Source of the DNA: Alphaproteobacteria bacterium
Lineage (GTDB): Bacteria; Pseudomonadota; Alphaproteobacteria; UBA828
Assembly (NCBI GenBank): GCA_965220745.1
Contig: CBDCQT010000005.1
Location: 394,938-458,937 of the forward strand
DNA: 64,000 bases
Direction: 5' to 3'
Shown here: positions 36,824 to 46,289 of the stretch, piece by piece
Numbering within the stretch: the stretch's first letter is position 1
Layout: every line of letters begins with the position of its first letter
Made by a program: the position numbers and the translations under genes
Notes under the pieces: generated by a model
Told to the model about the DNA's origin: nothing
Database searches by the model: none
Seen by the model: the letters and a program-made list of their open reading frames with translations, nothing else

Positions 36824-37762
36824 CTAGGAGCGCGCGGGTCCGACCGAGCGGCCGGTGAAAATCTCGCCGCGCTGGATAACGAGGCTGGCCGCCAGCACGA
36901 TGACGACACCGGGGATGGTGAGCATGCTCGGCAGGCCCTTGCCCAGCGCCCAGTCGATGGCGATGACGAGGGCCGGCAGAATGTAGCTGTATGACTGGAC
37001 GCGGGTCGGGCCGATCCTGATGGTGCCCCACTGCATCAAGAACGAGGCGATCACCGTCGAGCAGATCGCGACGAAAACGACCCCGCCGTAGGCGAACAGC
37101 GGCACATCCATCCACGCCGTGGTCCATAGCGCTTCGTTCGCGATGAGCAGGAACCACAGCGCGTTGATGGTCGCGATCCAGAAGGTCATGACCAACACCG
37201 GCTCGCCCCGGTGGAAAAGCTTGACCAGCGGGCTGTAGAAGCCCATCGCGACGCAGCCCGCGAAGTAGATCAGGTCGCCTTCGTTGAGGTCGAGTGCGAC
37301 GAAGCGGTCCCAATCGCCGCGGAAGACCACCCATAGCGCGCCGATCAGGCCAATGCCGAGCGCCGCGAGACGATGCCAGCCCAGGCGCTCGCCGACGAGG
37401 ATCGCGCCCGCGATCGCCGTGAGGCCGGGGATCAGGGTCGAGATCGCGCCGGTGTTGAGCGCGCTGGTGGTCCGCAGGCCGTAGAACATGCACCAGAAGA
37501 ATGCGACCAGCGAGGTGCTGATCGCCGCGTAGCCCGCAAGCGTGCGCCAGCCCGGCCAGACGATGCCGTGGCGCCAGGCGACCAGCGGCGCGAAGATCGC
37601 CATCGCCAGACCGAAGCGGATGAACAGCAGCGCACCGGTGTTCAACTCGTTGGCGATGGCCTCGCCCACCGGATAGCTGAACGATATGAGGAACATGGCG
37701 ACGAACACCCCGGCGTGAACGCCGGGCGTGGAGACGCCGCGCGGGGCCTGGGACTCGGTCAT
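36824..37762 (-). CDS. DMT/EamA family transporter
   Basis: About 10 TM, two EamA repeats; GLRTTSALN, LNEGDL, IGPTRV. Confidence 0.85.
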   Translation of the reverse strand: MTESQAPRGVSTPGVHAGVFVAMFLISFSYPVGEAIANELNTGALLFIRFGLAMAIFAPLVAWRHGIVWPGWRTLAGYAAISTSLVAFFWCMFYGLRTTSALNTGAISTLIPGLTAIAGAILVGERLGWHRLAALGIGLIGALWVVFRGDWDRFVALDLNEGDLIYFAGCVAMGFYSPLVKLFHRGEPVLVMTFWIATINALWFLLIANEALWTTAWMDVPLFAYGGVVFVAICSTVIASFLMQWGTIRIGPTRVQSYSYILPALVIAIDWALGKGLPSMLTIPGVVIVLAASLVIQRGEIFTGRSVGPARS

Positions 37763-37821
37763 GGCGCGCCACCGTGGCGCAGGGTCGCGCGCAGGTCCAG
37801 CGCGGGACACGCGTTCCGGAC

Positions 37822-37850
37822 CTTGTAATCCGGTTGGCGCATCACCACGT
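37822..37850 (+). promoter_or_regulatory. Putative RpoH (sigma32) promoter of the Hsp20 gene
   Basis: CTTGTAA-15 nt-ACCACGT resembles the alphaproteobacterial RpoH consensus; sits just upstream of the ROSE leader. Confidence 0.45.
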
Positions 37851-37853
37851 GAT

Positions 37854-37960
37854 TGGTGCCCAAGGGGGTGCCGCATGACGGGCCCCACCAGGGCATGGAA
37901 CCGGTTCGGCCATAACGGCGGACCACTGACTGACTTGCTTAAGAAAGGAGTCACACCATG
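37854..37960 (+). promoter_or_regulatory. ROSE-type RNA thermometer
   Basis: Final hairpin TGAC-TTGCTT-aaga-AAGGAG-TCA (37931-37953) pairs UUGCU with the Shine-Dalgarno, leaving a bulged G; further hairpins upstream; precedes a small heat-shock gene. Confidence 0.8.
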
Positions 37961-38410
37961 CGTGCATTCGATCTTTCCCCGCTCTTCAGCACCACGGTCG
38001 GTTTCGACCGGATGGCCCGGCTGCTCGAGCAGGTGCCGAGCGAGACGGCGCCTACCTATCCGCCCTACAACATCCAGAAGATGGACGAGAACGCTTACCG
38101 CGTGACGCTGGCCGTCGCCGGCTTCGGCGATGACGAGATCAGCATCGAGGTGAAGGAGAACCTGCTCACCGTCGCGGGCAAGCTTGCCAAGGAGAATGGC
38201 GCGAACGAGAGCTATCTCCACCGAGGCATCGCCGCCCGCGCGTTCGAGCGGCGCTTCAACCTCGCCGATCACATCCAGGTGACGGGTGCGGCGCTCGACA
38301 AGGGCCTGCTTCACATCGAGCTGGTGCGCGAGCTCCCCGAAGCGCTCAAGGCGCGCAAGATCGCCATCGAGACCGGCGGCCAGAAGCGGCTCGACCGCAA
38401 GGTCTCCTGA
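37958..38410 (+). CDS. ibpA: Small heat shock protein Hsp20 (IbpA-like)
   Basis: FDLSPLF, VGFDR, YPPYNI, LAVAGF, YLHRGIAARAFERRF. Confidence 0.93.
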   Translation: MRAFDLSPLFSTTVGFDRMARLLEQVPSETAPTYPPYNIQKMDENAYRVTLAVAGFGDDEISIEVKENLLTVAGKLAKENGANESYLHRGIAARAFERRFNLADHIQVTGAALDKGLLHIELVRELPEALKARKIAIETGGQKRLDRKVS

Positions 38411-38455
38411 TCGGTCCAGACCGCCGGATCGCCTTGCGATCCAGGTGAAGTGAGC

Positions 38456-38486
38456 GGGGCGCGGGCCAAAAGGCTCGCGCCCCTTT
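38456..38486 (+). terminator. Intrinsic terminator after Hsp20
   Basis: GGGGCGCGGGCC-AAAA-GGCTCGCGCCCC followed by TTT. Confidence 0.65.
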
Positions 38487-38650
38487 GCTATTGGCGCCGC
38501 CCTCTTCGAGCGCGTTGGCGGCGCATTCGTACCACTACGTAGGGCAGGAAAAATCTTTGCGTGGAAATGGTCGCAGGCGTTTCTCCGTGCTAACGTGCGC
38601 GCGGACCGAGCGGCGCGCCCTTCGGGCGCGCCTGGTTCTGACGCGGGAGG

Positions 38651-40018
38651 ATGGAAATGGCATTGAGGAACGGATTGCGTCGCGGCATGAGCGGAGTGCT
38701 GGCTGCGGCAGTGGTTGCCGGCGGGCTTTCGGTGGCGGCCACGACTTTCACGAGCGGTGAGGCTCAGGCGCAGGACGAGCAGTTCATTCCCCTGCTCGTC
38801 TACCGGACCGGGCCTTATGCGCCCAACGGCATTCCGGCCGCGAACGGCGCGCTTGACTATTACTCGCTGATCAATGAGCGCGACGGCGGGGTCAACGGCG
38901 TCGCGCTCGCCTTCGAGGAGTGCGAGTACCGCTACGACACGAAGCTCGGCGTCGAGTGCTACGAGCGTCTCAAGAACCAAGGGCCGACGGGAGCGTCGAT
39001 CGTCATGCCGCTGTCCACCGGCGTGACCTATCAGCTCAACCCGAGGGCGCCGGTGGACCAGATTCCGGTGCACTCGATGGGGTACGGGCAGACTGCGGCG
39101 TCCGACGGGCGCGTCTTCCCGTGGACCTTCACCTTCCCCACCACGTACTGGAGCCAGGCCTCGGCTTTCATCAAGTTCGTCGGCGCCGAGGAAGGCGGCA
39201 TGGAGAACCTGGCCGGCAAGACGATCGTGCTGGTCTACCACAACAGCCCCTACGGCAAGGAGCCGATCCCGACACTGCAGGTGCTGGCGGAGAAGTTCGG
39301 CTACACGCTCGAGCTGCTTCCGGTCGACCATCCGGGGCAGGAGCAGAGAGCGACCTGGCTGCAGATTCGCAAGATCAGGCCCGACTGGACCTTCCTGTGG
39401 GGCTGGGGCGTGATGAACCAGGTGGCGCTCAAGGAAGCCGCGGCCATCGCCTATGACATGGAGCGTCTGATCGGCGTGTGGTGGTCTTCCAGCGAGTCGG
39501 ACGTCGTGCCGGCCGGCGACGATGCCATCGGCTATCGGGGCGGTTCGTTCCACTCGCCGGGCGCGGGCTTCGCGCTCCACGACGAGATCCTGCAGACCCT
39601 CTATGGCGGCGACGCGGCGGCGGCTGCGGAGAAGAACTTCGGCGAGGTTCTCTACAATCGCGGGCTCCTGAGCTCGGTCTACACGACCGAGGCGATCCGC
39701 ACCGCCCAGGCCAAATACGGCAACCGGCCGCTCACCGGTGAAGAGGTGCGCTGGGGTCTGGAGAACCTCGACCTGACCGAGGAGCGGCTGGCCGAGCTCG
39801 GCCTTGCCGGCTTCACTCCGCCGGTGAAGATCACCTGCGAGGACCATGAGGGCAACGGCCCTGTGATCATCCAGCAGTGGGACGGTTCGGCCTGGAACAT
39901 CGTCAGCGACTGGATCGAGCCCATGCAGGATGTCGTGCGCCCGATGATCGAGGCTGCTGCGGCCCAGTACGCGGAGGAGAACAACATCACCCCGCGCGAC
40001 TGCTCGCAGGAGATGTGA
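38651..40018 (+). CDS. ABC transporter substrate-binding protein (LivJ-like, HAAT family)
   Basis: Signal peptide; YRTGPYAPNG, ECYERLK, YHNSPYGKEP, WGWGVMN, CEDHEG. Confidence 0.9.
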   Translation: MEMALRNGLRRGMSGVLAAAVVAGGLSVAATTFTSGEAQAQDEQFIPLLVYRTGPYAPNGIPAANGALDYYSLINERDGGVNGVALAFEECEYRYDTKLGVECYERLKNQGPTGASIVMPLSTGVTYQLNPRAPVDQIPVHSMGYGQTAASDGRVFPWTFTFPTTYWSQASAFIKFVGAEEGGMENLAGKTIVLVYHNSPYGKEPIPTLQVLAEKFGYTLELLPVDHPGQEQRATWLQIRKIRPDWTFLWGWGVMNQVALKEAAAIAYDMERLIGVWWSSSESDVVPAGDDAIGYRGGSFHSPGAGFALHDEILQTLYGGDAAAAAEKNFGEVLYNRGLLSSVYTTEAIRTAQAKYGNRPLTGEEVRWGLENLDLTEERLAELGLAGFTPPVKITCEDHEGNGPVIIQQWDGSAWNIVSDWIEPMQDVVRPMIEAAAAQYAEENNITPRDCSQEM

Positions 40019-40854
40019 CGCTACAATCGGAGAGTGTGGCCGGGGGTGGCGGCGAGGAAACCGCTGCCACCCCTGAGGCCCTGCTGCGTCTCGACGCGGT
40101 CGAGGTCGTCTACGACCATGTGATCTCGGTCCTGCAGGGCGTCAGCATCGCCGTCCCCGAAGGGGGGATCGTCGCCCTGCTGGGGCCGAACGGCGCCGGC
40201 AAGTCCACCACGCTCAAGGCGGTCTCCAACCTGCTGCGCGTGGAGCGGGGCGATATCACCGGGGGCCAAATCCACTTTCGGGGCGAGCGCATCGACAAGC
40301 TCGCTCCGGGCGATCTCGTGCGCCGCGGCATCATCCAGGTCATGGAGGGGAGGCGCTGCTTCCCCCATCTCACGGTGCACGAGAACCTGCTGACCGGCTC
40401 CTATACCAGGAAGGACGGCAAGGCGGCGGTAAGCGCCGACCTTGAGCGGGTCTATGCGCACTTCCCCGCCCTTGCCGAGCGGCGTCGTATCCTCGCGGGC
40501 TTCATCTCGGGCGGCGAGCAGCAGATGCTCGCCATCGGCCGCGCGCTGATGTCACGGCCGACCATGGTCCTTCTCGACGAGCCATCCATGGGCCTCGCGC
40601 CGCAGGTGGTGGCTCGGATTTTCTCGGAAGTCCGCCTCCTCAACCGGGAGGAAGGGGTCACCTTCCTGCTTGCCGAGCAGAACGCCAACGTGGCCCTCGG
40701 CGTGGCCGACTACGGCTACATCATGGACAGTGGCCAGATCGCCCTGGAAGGCACCGCTGAGGAGCTCCACGGAAATCCGGCGGTGAGAGAGCACTATCTC
40801 GGCCTCTCGCACGCCGCCGACGCTGCCTCGGATGAAGGCGGCCATGCCGGCTGA
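40015..40854 (+). CDS. ABC ATP-binding protein (LivF-like)
   Basis: GPNGAGKST, ISGGEQQM, LLDEPSMGLAP; GTG start overlapping SBP stop (approximate). Confidence 0.9.
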   Translation: MTLQSESVAGGGGEETAATPEALLRLDAVEVVYDHVISVLQGVSIAVPEGGIVALLGPNGAGKSTTLKAVSNLLRVERGDITGGQIHFRGERIDKLAPGDLVRRGIIQVMEGRRCFPHLTVHENLLTGSYTRKDGKAAVSADLERVYAHFPALAERRRILAGFISGGEQQMLAIGRALMSRPTMVLLDEPSMGLAPQVVARIFSEVRLLNREEGVTFLLAEQNANVALGVADYGYIMDSGQIALEGTAEELHGNPAVREHYLGLSHAADAASDEGGHAG

Positions 40855-41659
40855 TCCGAAGAACGGCCACCCAGCGCCGGGCGAGCCCATGCTCAGCGTG
40901 GAGGGCATCGCGCTCCGCTTTGGCGGCGTCCAGGCACTGGCCGGCGTCGAGTTCACGATTTATGCCGGCGAGATTTGCGCCATCATCGGGCCCAACGGCG
41001 CCGGCAAGACCTCCATGCTCAACGTGCTGAACGGCGCTTATCAGCCGAGCGAGGGCACCATCACCTTCAAGGGTCGCACGCGCCGCAAGATGCACCCACG
41101 CGTCGCCGCCCTGGAGGGCATGGCGCGCACTTTCCAGAACGTCGCGCTGTTCAAGGGCATGAGCACGCTCGACAACGTGATGGCCGGCCGCAACCTCAAG
41201 ATGCACAGCAACTTCGTTGCCTGCCTGCTGCCTGTAGGACCGTCGCGGGCGGAGGAAGCGCGCCACCGCGCCCATGCTGATGAGGTCATCAGCTTCCTCG
41301 AGATCGAGGACATCCGCAACGTGCCGGTGGGCCGGCTGCCTTACGGCCTGCAGAAGCGGGTGGAGCTCGCCCGCGCGCTCGCGGCCGAGCCCGATCTACT
41401 CCTGCTCGACGAGCCCATGGCCGGGATGAACCGGGGTGAGAAGGCCGAGATGAGCCGCTTCATCCTGGAGACCAAGGCGCGCTTCGGCACGACCATGGCC
41501 CTGATCGAGCACGACATGAGCGTGGTCATGGAGCTTTCCGACCACATCGTCGTGCTCGACTACGGCCGCAAGATTGCCGACGGTACGCCCGAGGAGGTGC
41601 GCACCGACCAGACCGTGATCGACGCCTATCTGGGCGTCGCGACCGAGGACGACGCGTGA
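40844..41659 (+). CDS. ABC ATP-binding protein (LivG-like)
   Basis: GPNGAGKTS, RTFQN, LPYGLQKRVE, LLLDEP, IEHDM. Confidence 0.9.
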   Translation: MPADPKNGHPAPGEPMLSVEGIALRFGGVQALAGVEFTIYAGEICAIIGPNGAGKTSMLNVLNGAYQPSEGTITFKGRTRRKMHPRVAALEGMARTFQNVALFKGMSTLDNVMAGRNLKMHSNFVACLLPVGPSRAEEARHRAHADEVISFLEIEDIRNVPVGRLPYGLQKRVELARALAAEPDLLLLDEPMAGMNRGEKAEMSRFILETKARFGTTMALIEHDMSVVMELSDHIVVLDYGRKIADGTPEEVRTDQTVIDAYLGVATEDDA

Positions 41660-42594
41660 TGGAGTTTCTCTGGGACTTCTTCGTCGCGCCCTTCATCGAC
41701 ATGATCGAGTTCCCGATATTCCTGGCCGAGGTCGCGGTCTCCGGCCTGCTGACCGGCGTCATGTACTCGCTGGTGGCGCTCGGCTTCGTGCTCATCTTCA
41801 AGGCCTCCCAGGTGTTCAACTTCGCACAGGGCGCGATGGTGCTGTTCGCCGCGCTCACTCTGGTGGGATTGATGGAGCACGGCGTGCCGGTCTGGGGCGC
41901 GCTGCCGGTCACGGCAATCGTCATGGTCGCGCTTGCCTTCGCGATCGAGCGCGGGATGCTGCGCCCGCTGATCAATCAGCCGCCGATCACGCTCTTCATG
42001 GCGACTATCGGACTGAGCTTCCTGCTCGAGGGCGCCGGCGAATGGGTCTGGGGCTCGAACGTGAAGGCGCTCGACCTCGGCATCCCGAATTCCCCGGTCG
42101 ATGTCGGTGGCATGCTGCTGAACGAGTTCGACCTCATTGCCGCCCTGGTGGCGGCAGTGCTCGTGGCGGCGCTGGCGCTGATCTTCCAGCGCACGCCCAT
42201 GGGCCGCGCGCTCAGGGCGGTGGCCGACGACCCGCAGGCCGCGCTCTCCCTCGGCATCTCGCTCCGGACCATCTGGATCATCGTGTGGTCGGTGGCGGGG
42301 GTCGTCGCCATCGTCGCGGGCATCATGTGGGGGGCGAAGAGCGGAGTTCAGTTCAGCCTGTCGCTGATCGCGCTGAAGGCGCTGCCCGTGCTCATCCTGG
42401 GTGGCCTCACCTCGGTTCCCGGCGCCATTGTCGGCGGGCTTATCATCGGCCTCGGTGAGAAAGTCGCCGAGGTCTACTGGGGCCCGGTGATCGGCGGCGC
42501 GATCGAGAACTGGTTCGCCTACATGCTGGCGATGCTGGTTCTCATGTTCCGGCCCCAGGGCCTGTTCGGCGAGAAGATCATCGAGCGGGTGTGA
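41656..42594 (+). CDS. ABC permease (LivH-like)
   Basis: LVALGFVLI, NFAQG, GRALRAVA, RPQGLFG. Confidence 0.9.
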   Translation: MMEFLWDFFVAPFIDMIEFPIFLAEVAVSGLLTGVMYSLVALGFVLIFKASQVFNFAQGAMVLFAALTLVGLMEHGVPVWGALPVTAIVMVALAFAIERGMLRPLINQPPITLFMATIGLSFLLEGAGEWVWGSNVKALDLGIPNSPVDVGGMLLNEFDLIAALVAAVLVAALALIFQRTPMGRALRAVADDPQAALSLGISLRTIWIIVWSVAGVVAIVAGIMWGAKSGVQFSLSLIALKALPVLILGGLTSVPGAIVGGLIIGLGEKVAEVYWGPVIGGAIENWFAYMLAMLVLMFRPQGLFGEKIIERV

Positions 42595-43646
42595 CCGTGC
42601 TCAGCTATTTCAACGACCTCTACAGCACCTTCTTCGCGACCCGTTCGCGCACGATCAACACGGTCTTCGTGACCGTGATTTCGTTGCTCGCGCTCTTCGC
42701 CGTTCCGACGTTGGCGAACGAATACTGGCTGCAGGCGATTCTGATTCCGTTTCTGATCTTCGCGCTCGCGGCACTTGGTCTCAACCTGCTCACCGGCTTC
42801 GCCGGTCAGCTCTCCCTCGGCACCGGCGGCTTCATGGCGGTCGGTGCCTATTCAGCCTTCAAGATGACGACCGCGTGGCCCGAGTTGGACATCATCGCCA
42901 TCTTCTTCATCTCGGGCTTCTTCGCCGCCGGCGTCGGCATCCTGTTCGGGCTGCCAAGCCTGCGCATCAAGGGCTTCTATCTGGCGGTGGCGACGCTCGC
43001 TGCGCAGTTCTTCCTGATCTGGCTCTTCAACCGGGTGCCGTGGTTCTACAACGACAACCCGTCGGGCACGATCACGGCGCCGCCGCGCACCTTCGCAGGC
43101 GTCATGGTCACAGGGCCCGAGGCCGCCGCAGAGGTGCGCTACCTGGTGGCGCTCGTCTTGTTGGCGGTCTTCGTCTTCTTCTCCTGGAATCTGATGCGGA
43201 GCCGCTTCGGCCGCGCCTGGATGGCGGTGCGCGACATGGACGTGGCCGCCGAGATCGTCGGCATCCCGCTACTGCGCACCAAGCTGCTTGCCTTCGGCGT
43301 AAGCTCCTATCTCTGCGGCGTCGCCGGCGCGCTCTTCGTCTTCCTTTATCTGGGCAGCGCCGAGACCATCGCCTTCGACGTCAACGTCTCATTCCTCGTG
43401 CTCTTCATGATCATCGTGGGCGGCCTCGGGTCGATCACGGGCTCGATTATCGGTGCCGCTTTCATCACCATCCTGCCGATCTTCCTGACCAACCTGAATC
43501 CGATCCTCGGCATCGACCTTGCCGTGGACCTAGCCAAGCATATCGAGGTCATCATCTTCGGCGGCCTCATCATCGTGATCCTGATCCTCGAGCCGCACGG
43601 CATGGCACGCCTCATCCAGATCTCGCGAGAGCGCCTGCGAATTTAG
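42591..43646 (+). CDS. ABC permease (LivM-like)
   Basis: GFAGQLSLG, RIKGFYLAVATL, GRAWMAVRD, GGLGS, EPHG. Confidence 0.9.
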   Translation: MTVLSYFNDLYSTFFATRSRTINTVFVTVISLLALFAVPTLANEYWLQAILIPFLIFALAALGLNLLTGFAGQLSLGTGGFMAVGAYSAFKMTTAWPELDIIAIFFISGFFAAGVGILFGLPSLRIKGFYLAVATLAAQFFLIWLFNRVPWFYNDNPSGTITAPPRTFAGVMVTGPEAAAEVRYLVALVLLAVFVFFSWNLMRSRFGRAWMAVRDMDVAAEIVGIPLLRTKLLAFGVSSYLCGVAGALFVFLYLGSAETIAFDVNVSFLVLFMIIVGGLGSITGSIIGAAFITILPIFLTNLNPILGIDLAVDLAKHIEVIIFGGLIIVILILEPHGMARLIQISRERLRI

Positions 43647-43929
43647 CCCGCAACTTTCGACAGGGTCGTTGACTGTCTTGTGACCCGGCCTGCGGTCCGA
43701 CTCCCCGGAACATGGTGCGATGCAAGCCGTGCGACGTTCGAGCCAGGATCGAGCGATGCAGCGACTATTCTGCCGTGCGCGAACGTACTTTTGCGCGTGC
43801 GTCCCTTTGGCAGCAGGCGACTCTGGCGCGTGCGACATCCCACGTTTCCCACTTATCCAACTTAATCCCGGTGAATCCCGGAAAAAATTGTTGCTTCGCG
43901 CGTCTCGCGGGCCATTGGCGGGTGCCGCC

Positions 43930-45273
43930 TCAGCGGCCGCGCCGTTCCGGAATGATGCCGCGCGGGCTGAAGCGCATGACGACGAGCAGGATCAGCCCCA
44001 TCACGATCAGGCGCATGTAGGCCGCGCTGTCGAGCAGGTGGGCGCGGAGCGGGTTGTCTTCGGGAAGGCCAGCGGTGATTGCATCCATCAGCCAGAAGCC
44101 GGCGGGCTCGGCCTCGACCCACACGAACCAGACCAGGAAGCCGCCGAACACGGCGCCCCAGTTGTTGCCCGAGCCGCCGACGATCACCATCACCCAGACC
44201 AGGAAGGTGAAGCGGAGCGGCTGATAGCTGCCCGGCGTGAACTGCCCGTCAAGCGTGGTCAGCATAGCACCCGCGATCCCCATCACCGCCGCGCCCAGCA
44301 CGAAGATCTGCATGTGGCGCCTGGTCACGTCCTTGCCCATCGCCGCCGCCGCGTCCTCGTTGTCGCGGATGGCGCGCATCATCCGGCCCCAGGGCGAGTT
44401 CAGCGCGCGCTCGGCGAGCCAGACGACCGCGATCAGGACCAGCGCGAACAGCACCGCGTAGCAGAGCTTCACGAAGATGCTGGAGCCCGTGATCGGGTCC
44501 GCGCCGAGCCAGCGAACCAGGTCGAGGAACCAGACGCTCTGCTGCAGGTCGATCTCGTAGGGCACCGGCCGGTCGAGGCCCGTGACGTTCTTCACGCCCC
44601 GGCTGAGCCAGTCCTCGTTCTTGATGACGGTGATGACGATCTCGGCGATCCCGAGGGTTGCGATGGCGAAGTAGTCCGAGCGCAACCCGAGTGCGACCTT
44701 GCCGATGAGCCACGCCGCGCCGGCGGCGAGCAGACCGCCGACAATCCAGGAGAGGATGATCGGCAGGCCGGCGCCGCCCAGATATCCGGTGGTGGAACTG
44801 TCGATGCGTTCGATCTCGTCCACCGCCGGATCGAAGAAGATGCGGGCGATGAAGAAGCCGGCGACGAGGACGATCGCCGTTCCCGCCGTGCGCAGCGGTT
44901 TTCTCCGCACGAAGCGGCGCAGCAGTACGATCAGCAGTGCGGCAACCACCACCACCGCAAGCGCGATGCCGAGACCTGCGCCACCCGCCGACCATGCCTC
45001 CGTCACCGGCGACTGCGAGATGATCACGCCGGCCAGGCCACCGAGCGCAGCGAAGCCCATCACGCCGACGTTGAGCAGGCCGGCGTAGCCCCACTGCATG
45101 TTGAGGCCGAGCGCCATGATCGCGGAGATCAGGCAGAGGTTGAGGATCGAGAGGCTGACCACCCAGGATTGGCCGACCCCGACCGCGATCAACAGCGCCG
45201 CCATGCCGGCGAAGAGCAGCGGCGTGCGCAGCCTGGGCGTCCGGAGGACGGGCCTAGAGAGCTTCGTCCTCAT
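43930..45273 (-). CDS. ABC permease (LivM-like), second transporter
   Basis: GLNMQWGYAGL, LRSDYFAIATL, WGRMMRAIRDNE, GGSGNN. Confidence 0.9.
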   Translation of the reverse strand: MRTKLSRPVLRTPRLRTPLLFAGMAALLIAVGVGQSWVVSLSILNLCLISAIMALGLNMQWGYAGLLNVGVMGFAALGGLAGVIISQSPVTEAWSAGGAGLGIALAVVVVAALLIVLLRRFVRRKPLRTAGTAIVLVAGFFIARIFFDPAVDEIERIDSSTTGYLGGAGLPIILSWIVGGLLAAGAAWLIGKVALGLRSDYFAIATLGIAEIVITVIKNEDWLSRGVKNVTGLDRPVPYEIDLQQSVWFLDLVRWLGADPITGSSIFVKLCYAVLFALVLIAVVWLAERALNSPWGRMMRAIRDNEDAAAAMGKDVTRRHMQIFVLGAAVMGIAGAMLTTLDGQFTPGSYQPLRFTFLVWVMVIVGGSGNNWGAVFGGFLVWFVWVEAEPAGFWLMDAITAGLPEDNPLRAHLLDSAAYMRLIVMGLILLVVMRFSPRGIIPERRGR

Positions 45274-46286
45274 GACAGCACCCGCCCGCGGAAGATCCCG
45301 GTCGGGCGCACCAGCAGCACGACCACCAGGATGACGAAGGAGATTGCGAGCTTGTAGTCGGTCGATAGCAGCTGCATGAGCCCGCTCGGCTCCCAGCTCT
45401 CGGGCACCAGGTAGCGCAGGAACTTCTTGTAGGCGTAAGTCACCGAGGTCTCGGAGAGCGCCACGATGAAGCCGCCGGCGACCGCGCCGATGGGGTGGCC
45501 GACGCCGCCCAGGATCGCCGAAGCGAAGATGGGCAGGAGCAGCTGGAAATAGGTGAAGGGTTTGTAGCTCTTGTCGATGCCGTACATGGTGCCGGCCACC
45601 GCAGCCAGGGTGGCGGCGATCAGCCAGGCGTAGAACACTACGCGGTCCGGGCTGACGCCCGAGAGCAGCGCCAGGTCCTCGTTATCCGAATAGGCGCGCA
45701 TCGCCTTGCCGGCCCGCGTCCGGTGCAGGAACCAGAAGAGCGCGGCCACCGCGACCGCGGTGACGGCGACGGTCAGCCCCTGCGAGAGCTTGATCGCGAG
45801 GCCCTCCTTCAGCCCTGTCGCGGCCTTGAATTCGGAGGCCTTGATGATGAAGCGCGCACCATCGGCGAGGCGCCGGTCGTCGGGGCCGATGATGAAGCGG
45901 ACGATGCCCTGCAGCGCGAACATCACGCCGACCGAGGCGATCAGCAGGATCACCGGCGGGCTCTTGCGCCGCCGGTAGAAGCGGAAGACGACGCGGTCCG
46001 CAGCCAGGTTGAAGGCAGCCGCGCCCACAATCCCGAAAGGCAAGGCGATGAGCGCCGTCGGCAGCGGCGCGATGCCGACGTCCATTCCCTGGAACCACCA
46101 CGTGGTCAGCAGCACGACCATGGTGCCGAATGCCATCACGTCGCCGTGGGCGAAGTTGGCGAAGCGCAGGATGCCGAAGATGAGCGTGACCCCGAGGGCG
46201 CCGAGGGCGAGCTGGGAGCCGTAGGCAACGCCCGGCACGATGACGAAATTCAGCAGCAGGACGATCGCGTTCGCGACGTCGGTCAT
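45270..46286 (-). CDS. ABC permease (LivH-like), second transporter
   Basis: FANFAHGD, GKAMRA, ILGGVG, RPTGIF. Confidence 0.9.
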   Translation of the reverse strand: MTDVANAIVLLLNFVIVPGVAYGSQLALGALGVTLIFGILRFANFAHGDVMAFGTMVVLLTTWWFQGMDVGIAPLPTALIALPFGIVGAAAFNLAADRVVFRFYRRRKSPPVILLIASVGVMFALQGIVRFIIGPDDRRLADGARFIIKASEFKAATGLKEGLAIKLSQGLTVAVTAVAVAALFWFLHRTRAGKAMRAYSDNEDLALLSGVSPDRVVFYAWLIAATLAAVAGTMYGIDKSYKPFTYFQLLLPIFASAILGGVGHPIGAVAGGFIVALSETSVTYAYKKFLRYLVPESWEPSGLMQLLSTDYKLAISFVILVVVLLVRPTGIFRGRVLS

Positions 46287-46289
46287 GGG

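Noticed and set aside
43644-43865. Stop-codon read-through of livM into the in-frame downstream ORF
   Set aside because: Downstream peptide shows no permease-like sequence; no recoding signal seen
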